Source: Chloroflexota bacterium
GTDB lineage: Bacteria > Chloroflexota > Dormibacteria > Dormibacterales > Dormibacteraceae
DNA: 64,000 nt
Assembly: GCA_005880945.1 (NCBI GenBank)
Contig: VBIU01000082.1
Coordinates: 1,505 to 65,504, forward strand
Direction of reading: 5' to 3'
In this document: positions 1-8,487 of the stretch, piece by piece
Numbering within the stretch: position 1 is the stretch's first letter
How the letters are laid out: each line of letters opens with the position of its first letter
Position numbers and translations under genes: made by a program
The notes under the pieces: generated by a model
Databases searched by the model: none
What the model was told of the DNA's origin: nothing
What the model saw: the letters and a program-made list of their open reading frames with translations, nothing else

Positions 1-66
1 GCAGGCGACCGTCAGGACGCCGAGCCCCAGTAGCTCATTGCTGCTCATGCCGGCGGACGTGGCGAA

Positions 67-88
67 GGGGGCGGCACCGGCCGCCCCC
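67..88 (-). terminator. GC-rich hairpin just downstream of the actP-like stop (possible terminator or mRNA-stabilising structure)
   Basis: Perfect 9-bp stem GGGGGCGGC/GCCGCCCCC with 4-nt loop, 18 nt after the stop at 107-109. Only a weak U-tract follows on the minus strand. Confidence 0.3.
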
Positions 89-106
89 TACTTTGGGATT
101 CGATGC

Positions 107-1804
107 TCAGGCCGCCACCGGGTTCGGTTCCGCGCCGAGCCCGGTCTGGGCCCGTACGTCGATCTCGTGGAACTTCACCTCGGACAGGCGGTCGGCTTTG
201 ACCAGATCTCCGATGTACGTGCCGACGATGGCGAGGAGGAAGCCGAGCGGGATGCTGACGATGCCCACGTTCTGCAGCGGAAATGCGGGATTCTTGACGG
301 CGGGCAAGGTCCATCCCGGCCCAATCGCCACCAGCCAGATGGTCACGACTGTGCCGCCGACTAGACAGGCGACGGCGCCCCATGTGTTGAAGCGCTTCCA
401 GAACAGGGTGAACAGGATTGCCGGCAGGTTCGCTGCCGACGCGATAACGAACGCGACGCCTGCGACAAGGGCGGCCGCATTGGCGGTGGCCCCGATCCGC
501 GCCGCCAGCCAGATCGATAGCAGGCCGACCAGTCCTGCGGTGATGCGCGCCACGAGGACCTGCTCCCGCTCGCTGACATGGCCGTGGAGTAGGTGCGTGC
601 GGATCACATTGACGTAAAAGTCGTGGCTGAACGCGCCGGACGCGGCCAAGGTGAGCCCGGCGACCACCGCCAGGATGGTGGCGAAGGCGACCGCGGCGAT
701 AAAGGCGAGCAAGAACTCCGCCCCTGTGGTGCCGAAGAACTCGCCGCCGAGGAACTCGGCCAAGCGCGGTGCCGCGAGGTTGCTGTTGGGCGTGCCGACG
801 CATGCGCCAGCGACGACCTTGGCGCAGATATTTGCCTTGCCAACGAGCGTCGCAGCCCCGAATCCGAGGAACGTGGTCATGACGTAGAAGCTGCCGATCA
901 GGCCCATCGCCCACGCTACCGACGCGCGCGCCGCCTTCCCGTCCGGAACGGTGAAGAAACGCATCAGGATGTGAGGCAGTCCGGCCGTGCCGAGGATGAG
1001 CGCCATGCCCAGAGAGATGTTGTCGAGCAGCGCGAGGTCGATGCCGAAGACCTGCTTCTGGCCGTACTTGTAGAGGATGCCGGGCTGCGTGAAGTTAAGC
1101 CCGGTGGCTTTGTCCTTGACCCCGGCGACAGCGTCGAAGAAATGCCCGAAGCTGAAACCGAAATGGAGCAGCACCAGGAAGGTCAGCAAGACCGCGCCAC
1201 TCATCAGCAGAATCGCTTTGATGATCTGCACCCAGGTGGTCGCGACCATGCCGCCGGCGATGACGTAGATCATCATCAGGACGCCGACCAGCGTGATCGA
1301 CGGGTCGAGGTGGGTCCCTAAAACGTCCCAATTGAAGTACGGCTTGAGATTGGTGTCCAGCGTCGGGATCAAGATCTTTATCAGGCTTCCCGCCCCGATC
1401 ATCTGGGCCATCATGTACGAGGCGCTTACGGCGACCGTCGAAAAGGCCGCCGCTGATCTGACGGGTATCGGGGACATCCTGTAGGCAAGGACGTCGGCCA
1501 TTGTGTACTTACCTGTGTTCCGCATCGGCTCGGCGATCAGGAATAGGACGGTGAGGTACGCGACGAGCCAACCGACCGAATACATGAAACCGTCGTAGCC
1601 GTTGAATGCGATCAGCCCGGCAATTCCCAGGAACGAGGCCGCGCTCATGTAATCGCCCGCGATGGCGAGGCCGTTCTGCCAGCCTTTGATCTGCCGGCCC
1701 GCGGCCCAGAACTGGACGGTCGTTCTTGTCCGGCGAGCCGCCCATCCGGTGATGACGAGGGTGATCCCAACGACGATCAAGAAGAGGACGAGTGTGATGT
1801 TCAT
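107..1804 (-). CDS. actP: Cation/acetate symporter (sodium:solute symporter family, ActP-like)
   Basis: ORF 107..1852 trimmed to the internal ATG (MNITLVLFLIV...). Multi-TM protein with an ActP-like N-terminus (WAAGRQIKGWQNGLAIAGDYMSAASFLGIAG). It lies directly downstream of a DUF485 gene, the classic yjcH-actP arrangement. Confidence 0.9.
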   Translation of the reverse strand: MNITLVLFLIVVGITLVITGWAARRTRTTVQFWAAGRQIKGWQNGLAIAGDYMSAASFLGIAGLIAFNGYDGFMYSVGWLVAYLTVLFLIAEPMRNTGKYTMADVLAYRMSPIPVRSAAAFSTVAVSASYMMAQMIGAGSLIKILIPTLDTNLKPYFNWDVLGTHLDPSITLVGVLMMIYVIAGGMVATTWVQIIKAILLMSGAVLLTFLVLLHFGFSFGHFFDAVAGVKDKATGLNFTQPGILYKYGQKQVFGIDLALLDNISLGMALILGTAGLPHILMRFFTVPDGKAARASVAWAMGLIGSFYVMTTFLGFGAATLVGKANICAKVVAGACVGTPNSNLAAPRLAEFLGGEFFGTTGAEFLLAFIAAVAFATILAVVAGLTLAASGAFSHDFYVNVIRTHLLHGHVSEREQVLVARITAGLVGLLSIWLAARIGATANAAALVAGVAFVIASAANLPAILFTLFWKRFNTWGAVACLVGGTVVTIWLVAIGPGWTLPAVKNPAFPLQNVGIVSIPLGFLLAIVGTYIGDLVKADRLSEVKFHEIDVRAQTGLGAEPNPVAA

Positions 1805-1805
1805 G

Positions 1806-2195
1806 TCACGCCGCCTTTCTGCCGGCGGCCCGCGCGCGCACCTTGGCGGCAAGGGCGTCGAAGACGGTGTTGGCCTTGCGGATGTAGAGGTACGCCAGCA
1901 CCCAGGCCATAACGAACTCGGAGAGCGCGAACAGATACGCGATGTTGATCTCGCCGAAGACCCGCGTCTTCATGAGGCCAGGGGCGAGGCCGTTGCCGAG
2001 CGGCAGCAGAAAGTAGTAGACGAGGAAGAAAATCGTCGCCGGGAGAACGAAACGAAGCCGCGCCCTGACGAGCTGCCGAAACTCGTCAGTCTGCTCTAGC
2101 CCCTCCCAATGGCCCCCCTCCCCAGGCGCCGGCTCGAGATGGTCCACCTCTTGGTGCGGCGCCGGTGGCGCAGGTGGTGCCTTGCCAACATCCAT
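1806..2195 (-). CDS. DUF485 (YjcH-like) small membrane protein
   Basis: 129 aa with two TM helices (FVLPATIFFLVYYFLLP, NIAYLFALSEFVMAWVLAYLY). Its stop is 1 nt from the actP start, and an AAAGGAGGAG RBS lies upstream. Confidence 0.8.
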   Translation of the reverse strand: MDVGKAPPAPPAPHQEVDHLEPAPGEGGHWEGLEQTDEFRQLVRARLRFVLPATIFFLVYYFLLPLGNGLAPGLMKTRVFGEINIAYLFALSEFVMAWVLAYLYIRKANTVFDALAAKVRARAAGRKAA

Positions 2196-2333
2196 GGCCT
2201 TGACTCCTCCTTTCTGAACGCGGGCAATGCCCGCACCAGCCCCCCAGTGGCCGCGCCGGCGGCCGTGCTGTAAACACTATCGCGGTGTTCGGGCGAGTTC
2301 AAGGAGGGGCCGGCCGCGGTTGCGGGCCGCGAG

Positions 2334-2828
2334 CTACTCGGGACCGCTCCAGGACCAGCGCGGCACCGGCATCTCGGCGGGCACTTTCGCGCCGGCCGGC
2401 GCATAGGCCAGGACGTCGCGAGTCGCCCACTCGATGTACGAACGGAGGGCGGATCGGAAATCGGCGTCGTCAGGAAGGTGCGCGTCGTCAGCCGCCTGCA
2501 TGAAGCACGCGACAAAACGGGGGCCAAAGTCGTCCTCGGCGCCCTGGCCGGCGTGGATGCCGATCATGGCCGAATGGCCGCCATGGAGCTCCGAGTAGCG
2601 GCGTGGGCCGCCGAAGACCTCCGCCCAGTAGGCGGCGAGGTTCTCGATGTGCTGAGGGTTTTCGGTGTGCGAGAAGGGATGGTTCAGCTTTGGATCTTGC
2701 AGGCAGCGGTCGTGCAGAGCGGTCGCCAGTGCGAGGAAGGCGGGCTCACCGCCGGCGAACTCGAACAGCGACGGTCGCGCCACTCCGCGGATCGTAGCCG
2801 AAGGGGGAAATACACTAGGACTGCTCAT
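2334..2828 (-). CDS. Truncated haemoglobin (group II, GlbO-like)
   Basis: FEFAGGEPAFLALATALHDRCLQDPKLNHPF...AAYWAEVFGGP...H pattern typical of 2-on-2 globins. An alternative GTG start at 2783 is possible. Confidence 0.75.
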   Translation of the reverse strand: MSSPSVFPPSATIRGVARPSLFEFAGGEPAFLALATALHDRCLQDPKLNHPFSHTENPQHIENLAAYWAEVFGGPRRYSELHGGHSAMIGIHAGQGAEDDFGPRFVACFMQAADDAHLPDDADFRSALRSYIEWATRDVLAYAPAGAKVPAEMPVPRWSWSGPE

Positions 2829-3474
2829 GGCTAAGCTGCGAATTCACAATTTCGCGATCTCGATCGACGGGTATGGGGCCGGCCCCGGCCAGGACGTCGA
2901 CAACCCGCTCGGGGTGCACGGACTGGACCTGCATCAGTGGGTTTTCGCCACCCGCACCTGGCACAACCTGCAAAGCCTGGATGGCGGCGATGAAACCCTC
3001 GACGACAAGTTCATCGCTCGAGGTGACGCCGGCATCGGCGCCACCATCATGGGACGCAACATGTTCGGGCCAATCCGGGGACCGTGGACCGATGACGAAT
3101 GGAAGGGTTGGTGGGGCGACGACCCGCCGTATCACCACCCGGTCTTCGTCCTCACCCATCACCCGCGCGCGCCGATCGCGATGCAAGGCGGAACAACATT
3201 CAACTTCGTGAACGACGGCATCGAGGCGGCGCTCGAGCGAGCCTTCGATGCGGCCCAGGGGAAGGACGTCAGACTCGGCGGCGGTGTATCGACCATCCAG
3301 CAATATCTGCGCGCCGGCCTGGTCGATGAGATGCACGTGGCAATCGTTCCTACTTTTCTTGGCAGCGGCGAGCGCCTTTTCGACAACCTGGACGGCGGCC
3401 CGGTCGGCTACCAGTGCGTCGAGCTCGTCAGCTCACCCTCAGTTGTGCACGCCCGTTTTGCCCCGGAGCCCTGA
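2827..3474 (+). CDS. Dihydrofolate reductase-like protein (RibD C-terminal domain family)
   Basis: ORF 2665..3474 trimmed to ATG 2827 (MAKLRIHNFAISIDGYGAGPGQ...). GATIMGRNMF and VRLGGGVSTIQQYL motifs are typical of the RibD_C/YwjB family. Confidence 0.75.
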   Translation: MAKLRIHNFAISIDGYGAGPGQDVDNPLGVHGLDLHQWVFATRTWHNLQSLDGGDETLDDKFIARGDAGIGATIMGRNMFGPIRGPWTDDEWKGWWGDDPPYHHPVFVLTHHPRAPIAMQGGTTFNFVNDGIEAALERAFDAAQGKDVRLGGGVSTIQQYLRAGLVDEMHVAIVPTFLGSGERLFDNLDGGPVGYQCVELVSSPSVVHARFAPEP

Positions 3475-3496
3475 GAAGCCGCAAAACGGAAGGGGA

Positions 3497-4519
3497 TTAG
3501 CAGCCCGCTTCGTCGGATCCGCCGAAGAGCAAGGCCTTGCCGTCAGCATCCTGAGCGCTGGCTGCACCCCAGCGCGCCGACATGCCGGGTGCTGCCAGCC
3601 TCGACCACGCGTTGCCATCCCACGCCCATGCGGAGTCGGAAGGTTTCGGGCAGGGCATGCCAAGAAGCACGATATCCCGCTTGTTGGCGGCGTCCCAGAT
3701 GGCGTTGGCATAGGCGAGGGCTGGAGGTCCCGAACCCTTTAGCTGCGTCCATCTGGCGCCGGTCAGCGACCATCCGTCGCCGAGTGCCTCGCCCTGTGCG
3801 CCGATTCCGGCGCTGGCTTTGAATCCGGAACCCCCATAGACAAATAGCGACGAATCGGAGGGATCCCAGGCCACAGCGGGGTTGCCGCGGCCGGGAGGCT
3901 TGGGATCCTTGTCGATGCGGGACCAGGTTTTGCCGCCCCACGTCCATGCATCCCCGAAGTAGCGGACATTGACATAGTGGCCGCCAAACAGCACGACCCT
4001 GTTTCCCGCTGCTATCAGCTGCGGTCCATCGCGCTTGCCCGGAACCCCGGGACCAACATCGATCTGCGTCCAGTCAACGCCGTCCCACGTCCACGTGTCG
4101 CCACCGGGGTCGCCCTCGTTGCGATCCTCGACAAGGCCGCCATACAGGACCACAACCTGATGCGCGGGGTCATAAGCCATACCGGCTGCTCTGCGGGGAG
4201 GTGGTTTGTGTACGGGCGAAGCCGCTTTCCACGCGCTGCCGTCCCACGTCCAGGTCTCGTCGGATGAGCCTTTGGCCGTCTGACCGCCAAACATCACATA
4301 TACCTTGTGCTTGGCGTCAAAGGCCAGGCTGGCCAGGTAGCGCGACGATGGCCCGGTGGCGGCTTCACGATGCCAGGACGCACCGTCCCAGGTCCAGGTG
4401 TCACCCTTCAGCCCCGGTTGCTCGGACGACGGTGTCGGCCCGGACTGCACGGTGGCCTGTGATCCAGTGCAGCCGGAGAGAAGAAACATGAGCACCGCGA
4501 GTTGAGCAACTCTCCTCAT
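3497..4519 (-). CDS. Kelch-repeat (beta-propeller) lipoprotein
   Basis: Signal peptide with lipobox (MRRVAQLAVLMFLLSGC). Repeated ...TWTWDG..W.. / FGG / YGG blades throughout. Confidence 0.75.
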   Translation of the reverse strand: MRRVAQLAVLMFLLSGCTGSQATVQSGPTPSSEQPGLKGDTWTWDGASWHREAATGPSSRYLASLAFDAKHKVYVMFGGQTAKGSSDETWTWDGSAWKAASPVHKPPPRRAAGMAYDPAHQVVVLYGGLVEDRNEGDPGGDTWTWDGVDWTQIDVGPGVPGKRDGPQLIAAGNRVVLFGGHYVNVRYFGDAWTWGGKTWSRIDKDPKPPGRGNPAVAWDPSDSSLFVYGGSGFKASAGIGAQGEALGDGWSLTGARWTQLKGSGPPALAYANAIWDAANKRDIVLLGMPCPKPSDSAWAWDGNAWSRLAAPGMSARWGAASAQDADGKALLFGGSDEAGC

Positions 4520-4536
4520 GGAGGCGCCCAGTTTAA

Positions 4537-4555
4537 GCGCCGGCTCAGCCGGCGC
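4537..4555 (-). terminator. Hairpin downstream of the APH-like gene
   Basis: 8-bp stem GCGCCGGC/GCCGGCGC with 3-nt loop, between the APH-like stop (4606) and the Kelch gene start (4519). Poor U-tract. Confidence 0.25.
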
Positions 4556-4605
4556 CTTACGTCGAGATCAGTCCACGTACAGTCCGTTAGGGGCGGGGCG
4601 GCGTC

Positions 4606-5508
4606 CTAGTCTCGAGTCTGGGCGAGGGCCCGCCGCAAGATGATCGCGAACACTCTGTCGAAGTCGGGCCGGGCCTCGGGTGGAAGCGCATCCCGCTGCC
4701 GGGTCCATGCGATCGCGTGCGCAAACCAGCCGACGCGGATCGCGAGTTCGAAACTCTCTTCCAATCCGCTCCCCCACGGCTCCAGGTAAGCGTCGCGAAG
4801 CCTGCGAAACCAGGGGTCATCGGGAGCGAGATGGTTGACCTCCTCGAGAAAGCGGAACGTCACGACCAGAGAGAAGAAGGGATGCGCTATCGATGAGTCT
4901 CCCCAATCCAAGACGCGGAGCTTGCCCCGGTCTGAGTAGAGGTTTGCCATGTGGAGGTCGTCGTGCTGGACCGACTCCTGAATCCCCACCTCGGCCAGGG
5001 CGGCGCATAGCTCGATGAACCGGGGCGCATTGTCCCGTAATCGTTTGATTTCATCTCTCGCAAGTGGGACCTGGCTCGCCAGCAGACGCTCGTAACCCGC
5101 CGGCAGCGCCGCCATGCGCAGGTCCGGCACGCCGTGGCCGACATGGTCGAGGGCGTTCGCCATCTCTCCCTTTTGCATCTCGGCATACGACGGCAATGCC
5201 TCGAGCCACGCCTCGGGCGGATTCCCCAGCTCACCGACCGCGACGCCAGCGTCGCGGAGCAACAGCCAGCGCCGCGTTTCGTCGACGGCCAGCACCTCGG
5301 TCACGCGGTCGGGCCATCGTGTGTACAGCTCAGCGGTCAGCCTCGGCTCGAATGCCTGAACCTGAGCGCATGCCTTGAACCATGTGAAGCCGCCCGCGAC
5401 CGGCACCCGCATCACCGTCGCCCACGGCCGATCGTGCGTCGTTTCGATAGCGCCTGTCGGCTCGACGTGCTTGCGGATCCACTCTTCAGCGGCGATGGCG
5501 TCCAACAC
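4606..5508 (-). CDS. Phosphotransferase-family protein (aminoglycoside phosphotransferase/APH-like kinase fold)
   Basis: Catalytic-loop motif VQHDDLHMANLY followed by LRVLDWGDSSIAHPF (HxDxxxxN ... DWG/D). Confidence 0.7.
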   Translation of the reverse strand: MLDAIAAEEWIRKHVEPTGAIETTHDRPWATVMRVPVAGGFTWFKACAQVQAFEPRLTAELYTRWPDRVTEVLAVDETRRWLLLRDAGVAVGELGNPPEAWLEALPSYAEMQKGEMANALDHVGHGVPDLRMAALPAGYERLLASQVPLARDEIKRLRDNAPRFIELCAALAEVGIQESVQHDDLHMANLYSDRGKLRVLDWGDSSIAHPFFSLVVTFRFLEEVNHLAPDDPWFRRLRDAYLEPWGSGLEESFELAIRVGWFAHAIAWTRQRDALPPEARPDFDRVFAIILRRALAQTRD

Positions 5509-5577
5509 CGTCCTCAGTTGCGCGATGCGGGCTTGTTATCCCTATGACTTGGCGCGCTTACCGCCGTAGCGCAAGCA

Positions 5578-6525
5578 TCATTGCTCGTACCAACGGAGGA
5601 CCCGCAGCGCGCGCAGCGTGTTCCACCGGCTGGGCCGGCCATCGCCGTCCTCCAGCGCGAAATGGACCGCGCCGGGATGGGTGTTCTCCAGAAGCCACGT
5701 GCCGTCAGCCTGTCGCTTGGATCGCAGCAGATCGATCGCCTCGTCTACGCGCGGGTCCGGTGGATCGCCAGCCGCCCGGAAGTGCTCCAGCCCACGCAGC
5801 ACGTCGTAGTGCCAGCGGGTGGGAAACGAGAACTGCAGCCAGGCGGGGTCGACGACCTCGCCGGTGCTCTTACGGCGGAACAACTTCCGCTCGAGGAGGT
5901 ATTCCTCCCCGCGCCGGCGAGCCGCGATCGATTCTGCACTGCCGCCGGTTGCGCGCTCGTGGGCCAGCAGCCCTTCCAGGACTCGGATCGTGGTGTGGAA
6001 GGAAGAGCGAACCGAACCGTTCTCCACCTCGCAGTTCCACCCTCCGTCCTCGAGCTGCTCACCGAGCAGCCGGGCGACCACCTCATCGACGTCCTGGTCG
6101 AAGTAGACACCGAGCGCGACGACCATGCCGTTGATGCAAGGCTCGACCTCGCCGCTGAAGAACGGCTGGCCGGCGTGCTCCCAACGGCAGTGCTCTCGGA
6201 CCTGCGCCACAGCCCGGCGAACCTCGTCACCGCGGGGGTCGACGCCGAAGTCGGTCAGGTTGACGAGACTGTATGCCGTGGCCGACCAGGGCTGGCCCTT
6301 GGGCGGCTCGCCGCCACCCGATTCAGCTCGTCGAGCGGGGAATAACGCGCCTCCCTCCCACTGGCCGTCTTCGCCTTGCAAGGCCAGAATCCGGGCACCC
6401 CATCCTTCGCTCGCCACGCGGGCGCGCTCCGCTGCGACCACTTCTGCCGGCGCGTCGGCAAGGTCGCGCAACACCTGCCAGCGGATGGCGGGGTCGGAAT
6501 CGAGCAGCCAGTCCAGTACTGCCAT
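5578..6525 (-). CDS. Alpha/alpha-toroid protein (prenyltransferase/squalene-cyclase-like repeat family), function unknown
   Basis: 315 aa with repeated GxW motifs (QGEDGQWEGG, EDGGWNCE, QADGTWLLE) typical of terpenoid cyclase/prenyltransferase beta repeats. Confidence 0.55.
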   Translation of the reverse strand: MAVLDWLLDSDPAIRWQVLRDLADAPAEVVAAERARVASEGWGARILALQGEDGQWEGGALFPARRAESGGGEPPKGQPWSATAYSLVNLTDFGVDPRGDEVRRAVAQVREHCRWEHAGQPFFSGEVEPCINGMVVALGVYFDQDVDEVVARLLGEQLEDGGWNCEVENGSVRSSFHTTIRVLEGLLAHERATGGSAESIAARRRGEEYLLERKLFRRKSTGEVVDPAWLQFSFPTRWHYDVLRGLEHFRAAGDPPDPRVDEAIDLLRSKRQADGTWLLENTHPGAVHFALEDGDGRPSRWNTLRALRVLRWYEQ

Positions 6526-6539
6526 CAGCCGAGTCTAGC

Positions 6540-8336
6540 CCGGACGAAGGCCGGCTCTTCGAAACGACGGCGCCCTTTCCTTTGGCCGGGCCTAGAACTG
6601 GAATCTGCACGCTCCTTGCTCTTAACGCCTTGGCTTGACCTAGCTTCGACCTGATGCGAACATTCGTACGATGACCTGCTCAGCAACGGTTTCACTAACT
6701 CGCAAAGGAGCGTCGGTTGGCCGTTTATGACGTCGCCGCAACGGCGTTGAATCCCCATACCGGCTTCGCTGTCAGTGGATTCCGAGTTGAACGCATCGAC
6801 ACCGATACCAATGAACTCTTCGGTAATTGTCTCAGCGAATGGGACGTCGAAGACACCTACGAAGCCTTCTGGAATCGTCTAGATGACAATTGGGAGTCTG
6901 CTTTTCCAGTGGGCCAGGGAAAAGTGAAAGTCTTGACGGTGACACGCGTCGAGAGTCGTCACTAGGCAATCTGCATGAACCAGCGGTCAAGCGCACCGCC
7001 TAGTTCCGGGAACGTCGAATTCCAGGTGTTTCGCTTCGCACTCGATCCCAATAACAAGCAGCGTGGTCATCTCGCGAGTCACGCCGGCGGAGCTCGGTAC
7101 GCATACAACCTCGGCCTCGAATGGCTGATCGATTCACTTGAGAAGCGCCGGGCCGGCGGTTCCGAATCAACGCCGAATGCATCCGAGATGCATCGTCGAT
7201 GGAACCGCTGGAAAAAGATCCCGCAAAACGACGCGATGTGGTGGTCTACGAACTCCAAGTGCGTTTACCAAGAGGCGTTCCGGGACCTCGAGCACGCCTT
7301 CAATTCGTTTGTTGCGTCTCGACGACGGAAGCGCCGCGGGCGACGGCTTGGGTTTCCACGCTTCAAGAGAAAGGCTCGAACACGCGACCGATTCAGACTT
7401 ACAGGGCACTTCGAAGTTGATAGGCGGTCTGTTCAGTTGCCGAAACTTGGCCGCATCCGTATCCATGAGAACGCCTCCCGGTTTGCGTCGGGCATAGAGT
7501 TCGGCCGAATTCGCATTACATCAGCGACGGTGGGGAGAGAAGCCGACCGATGGTATGTCAACTTTCGAGTGGCGAGAACGACGCGACCGTCCTGCACACC
7601 CAGCTTCGGCGCCGTTGGCATCGATATGGGCATTAATGCCTTGGCTACCTTGTCAAGCGGACTGCTTGTAATCGGCCCGAGGGCTTTGAAGTCCAACCTG
7701 AAGAAGCTGCGCCGCGTTTCGAAGGCGCATGGTAGGAAATGCCACGGGTCCAAGAATCGCAAACGAACAGCAGCTCAGTTGGCACGATGCCATTCGCGAA
7801 TTGCTGCTCTTCGCCGTGACCATCTGCACAAACTGAGCACGTATCTGGCCAAGAAGCACGGCTTGATCGTGATTGAAGACTTGAGCATCCAGGCGATGAT
7901 GAGCAACCGTCGATTGGCCCGCTCGATTGCGGATAGTGGATGGGGGGACCTAGGGGCAATGCTTGAGTACAAGTGCCGGTGGTATGGCTCAAAATTGATC
8001 AAAGCAAGTCGAAACTTTCCAAGCACGCGTATGTGCTCCGGCTGCGGGAACGTTAAGGATGCCCTGCCATTGTCGCTGCGACAGTTCACCTGTGACCACT
8101 GCGGCCTGAATATCGATCGTGATCTCAACGCAGCCAAGAATCTGGCCCGGTGGCCAGCTGTCGCCGGCAGTGCGCCGGAGACTCAAAACGCCTGTGGAGA
8201 GGACGTAAGACCCGGCCGAAGCCGGGCTGGCCTCGATGAAGCAGGAACCGAGCAGCCCGTTTTGGCGTCAGGCTCGGAGCCCATCGCTCAGGCGGTGGCC
8301 TTTAGCTGCGGTTCCATTGGCCGCGGGAGAAGGACG
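6540..8336 (+). mobile_element. IS200/IS605-family, tnpB-only (IS1341-like) element; boundaries approximate
   Basis: Visibly more AT-rich than the flanks. Contains an intact tnpB and no tnpA. Bounded by the host gene start at 6525 and the tRNA-His 3' end at 8337. The ends were not mapped. Confidence 0.6.
6717..6965 (+). CDS. Hypothetical small acidic protein (82 aa) in the position normally held by tnpA
   Basis: TTG start preceded by a strong SD (AAGGAG at 6705-6710, 6-nt spacer). Stops 9 nt before tnpB. No recognisable HUH/Y1 or serine recombinase motif. About 14 Asp/Glu versus about 7 Arg/Lys. Confidence 0.5.
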   Translation: MAVYDVAATALNPHTGFAVSGFRVERIDTDTNELFGNCLSEWDVEDTYEAFWNRLDDNWESAFPVGQGKVKVLTVTRVESRH

Positions 8337-8345
8337 GGTGGCTAG
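6975..8345 (+). CDS. tnpB: TnpB (OrfB_IS605) RNA-guided endonuclease
   Basis: N-terminal FRFALDPNNKQ...ARYAYN. RuvC-I GIDMGIN, RuvC-II IVIEDLS, zinc ribbon CSGCG...CDHCG and RuvC-III DRDLNAAKNLA are all present. The C-terminal tail after ...DEAGTEQP is probably read-through of the omega-RNA/right-end region. Confidence 0.9.
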   Translation: MNQRSSAPPSSGNVEFQVFRFALDPNNKQRGHLASHAGGARYAYNLGLEWLIDSLEKRRAGGSESTPNASEMHRRWNRWKKIPQNDAMWWSTNSKCVYQEAFRDLEHAFNSFVASRRRKRRGRRLGFPRFKRKARTRDRFRLTGHFEVDRRSVQLPKLGRIRIHENASRFASGIEFGRIRITSATVGREADRWYVNFRVARTTRPSCTPSFGAVGIDMGINALATLSSGLLVIGPRALKSNLKKLRRVSKAHGRKCHGSKNRKRTAAQLARCHSRIAALRRDHLHKLSTYLAKKHGLIVIEDLSIQAMMSNRRLARSIADSGWGDLGAMLEYKCRWYGSKLIKASRNFPSTRMCSGCGNVKDALPLSLRQFTCDHCGLNIDRDLNAAKNLARWPAVAGSAPETQNACGEDVRPGRSRAGLDEAGTEQPVLASGSEPIAQAVAFSCGSIGRGRRTGG

Positions 8346-8411
8346 AGGGATTTGAACCCTCGACAGCCAGATCCACAATCTGGTGCTCTGCCATGCTGAG
8401 CTATAGCCACC
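8337..8411 (-). tRNA. tRNA-His (anticodon GUG)
   Basis: Manually folded cloverleaf: encoded G-1, acceptor GTGGCTA/TAGCCAC, D stem GCTC/GAGC, anticodon stem CCAGA/TCTGG with loop TTGTGGA, T arm GAGGG-TTCAAAT-CCCTC, discriminator C. No encoded CCA. Confidence 0.95.
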
Positions 8412-8487
8412 ACGGTGCGGGCCTGGAGTCGTCAGCCCTGTAGGAACCACGATTTTACCCGCACTCGTGGTGGACAATTAAAGAGCG

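Noticed and set aside
1-48. Possible start of a leftward gene (ATG at 48-46, MSSNELLGLGVLTVAC..., signal-peptide-like).
   Set aside because: Only 16 codons are inside the window, which is too little to support a call.
45-1321. Several ORFs overlapping the actP-like gene (45..914 -, 93..617 +, 593..1321 +).
   Set aside because: These are alternative-frame or antisense shadows of a well-supported symporter gene, with Arg-rich translations and no motifs.
6534-6596. Imperfect long-range inverted repeat (TCTAGCCCGG ... CCGGGCCTAGA) as the left-end hairpin of the tnpB element.
   Set aside because: The arms are imperfect and the region is also the promoter zone of the divergent host gene. The IS ends cannot be defined from a single copy.
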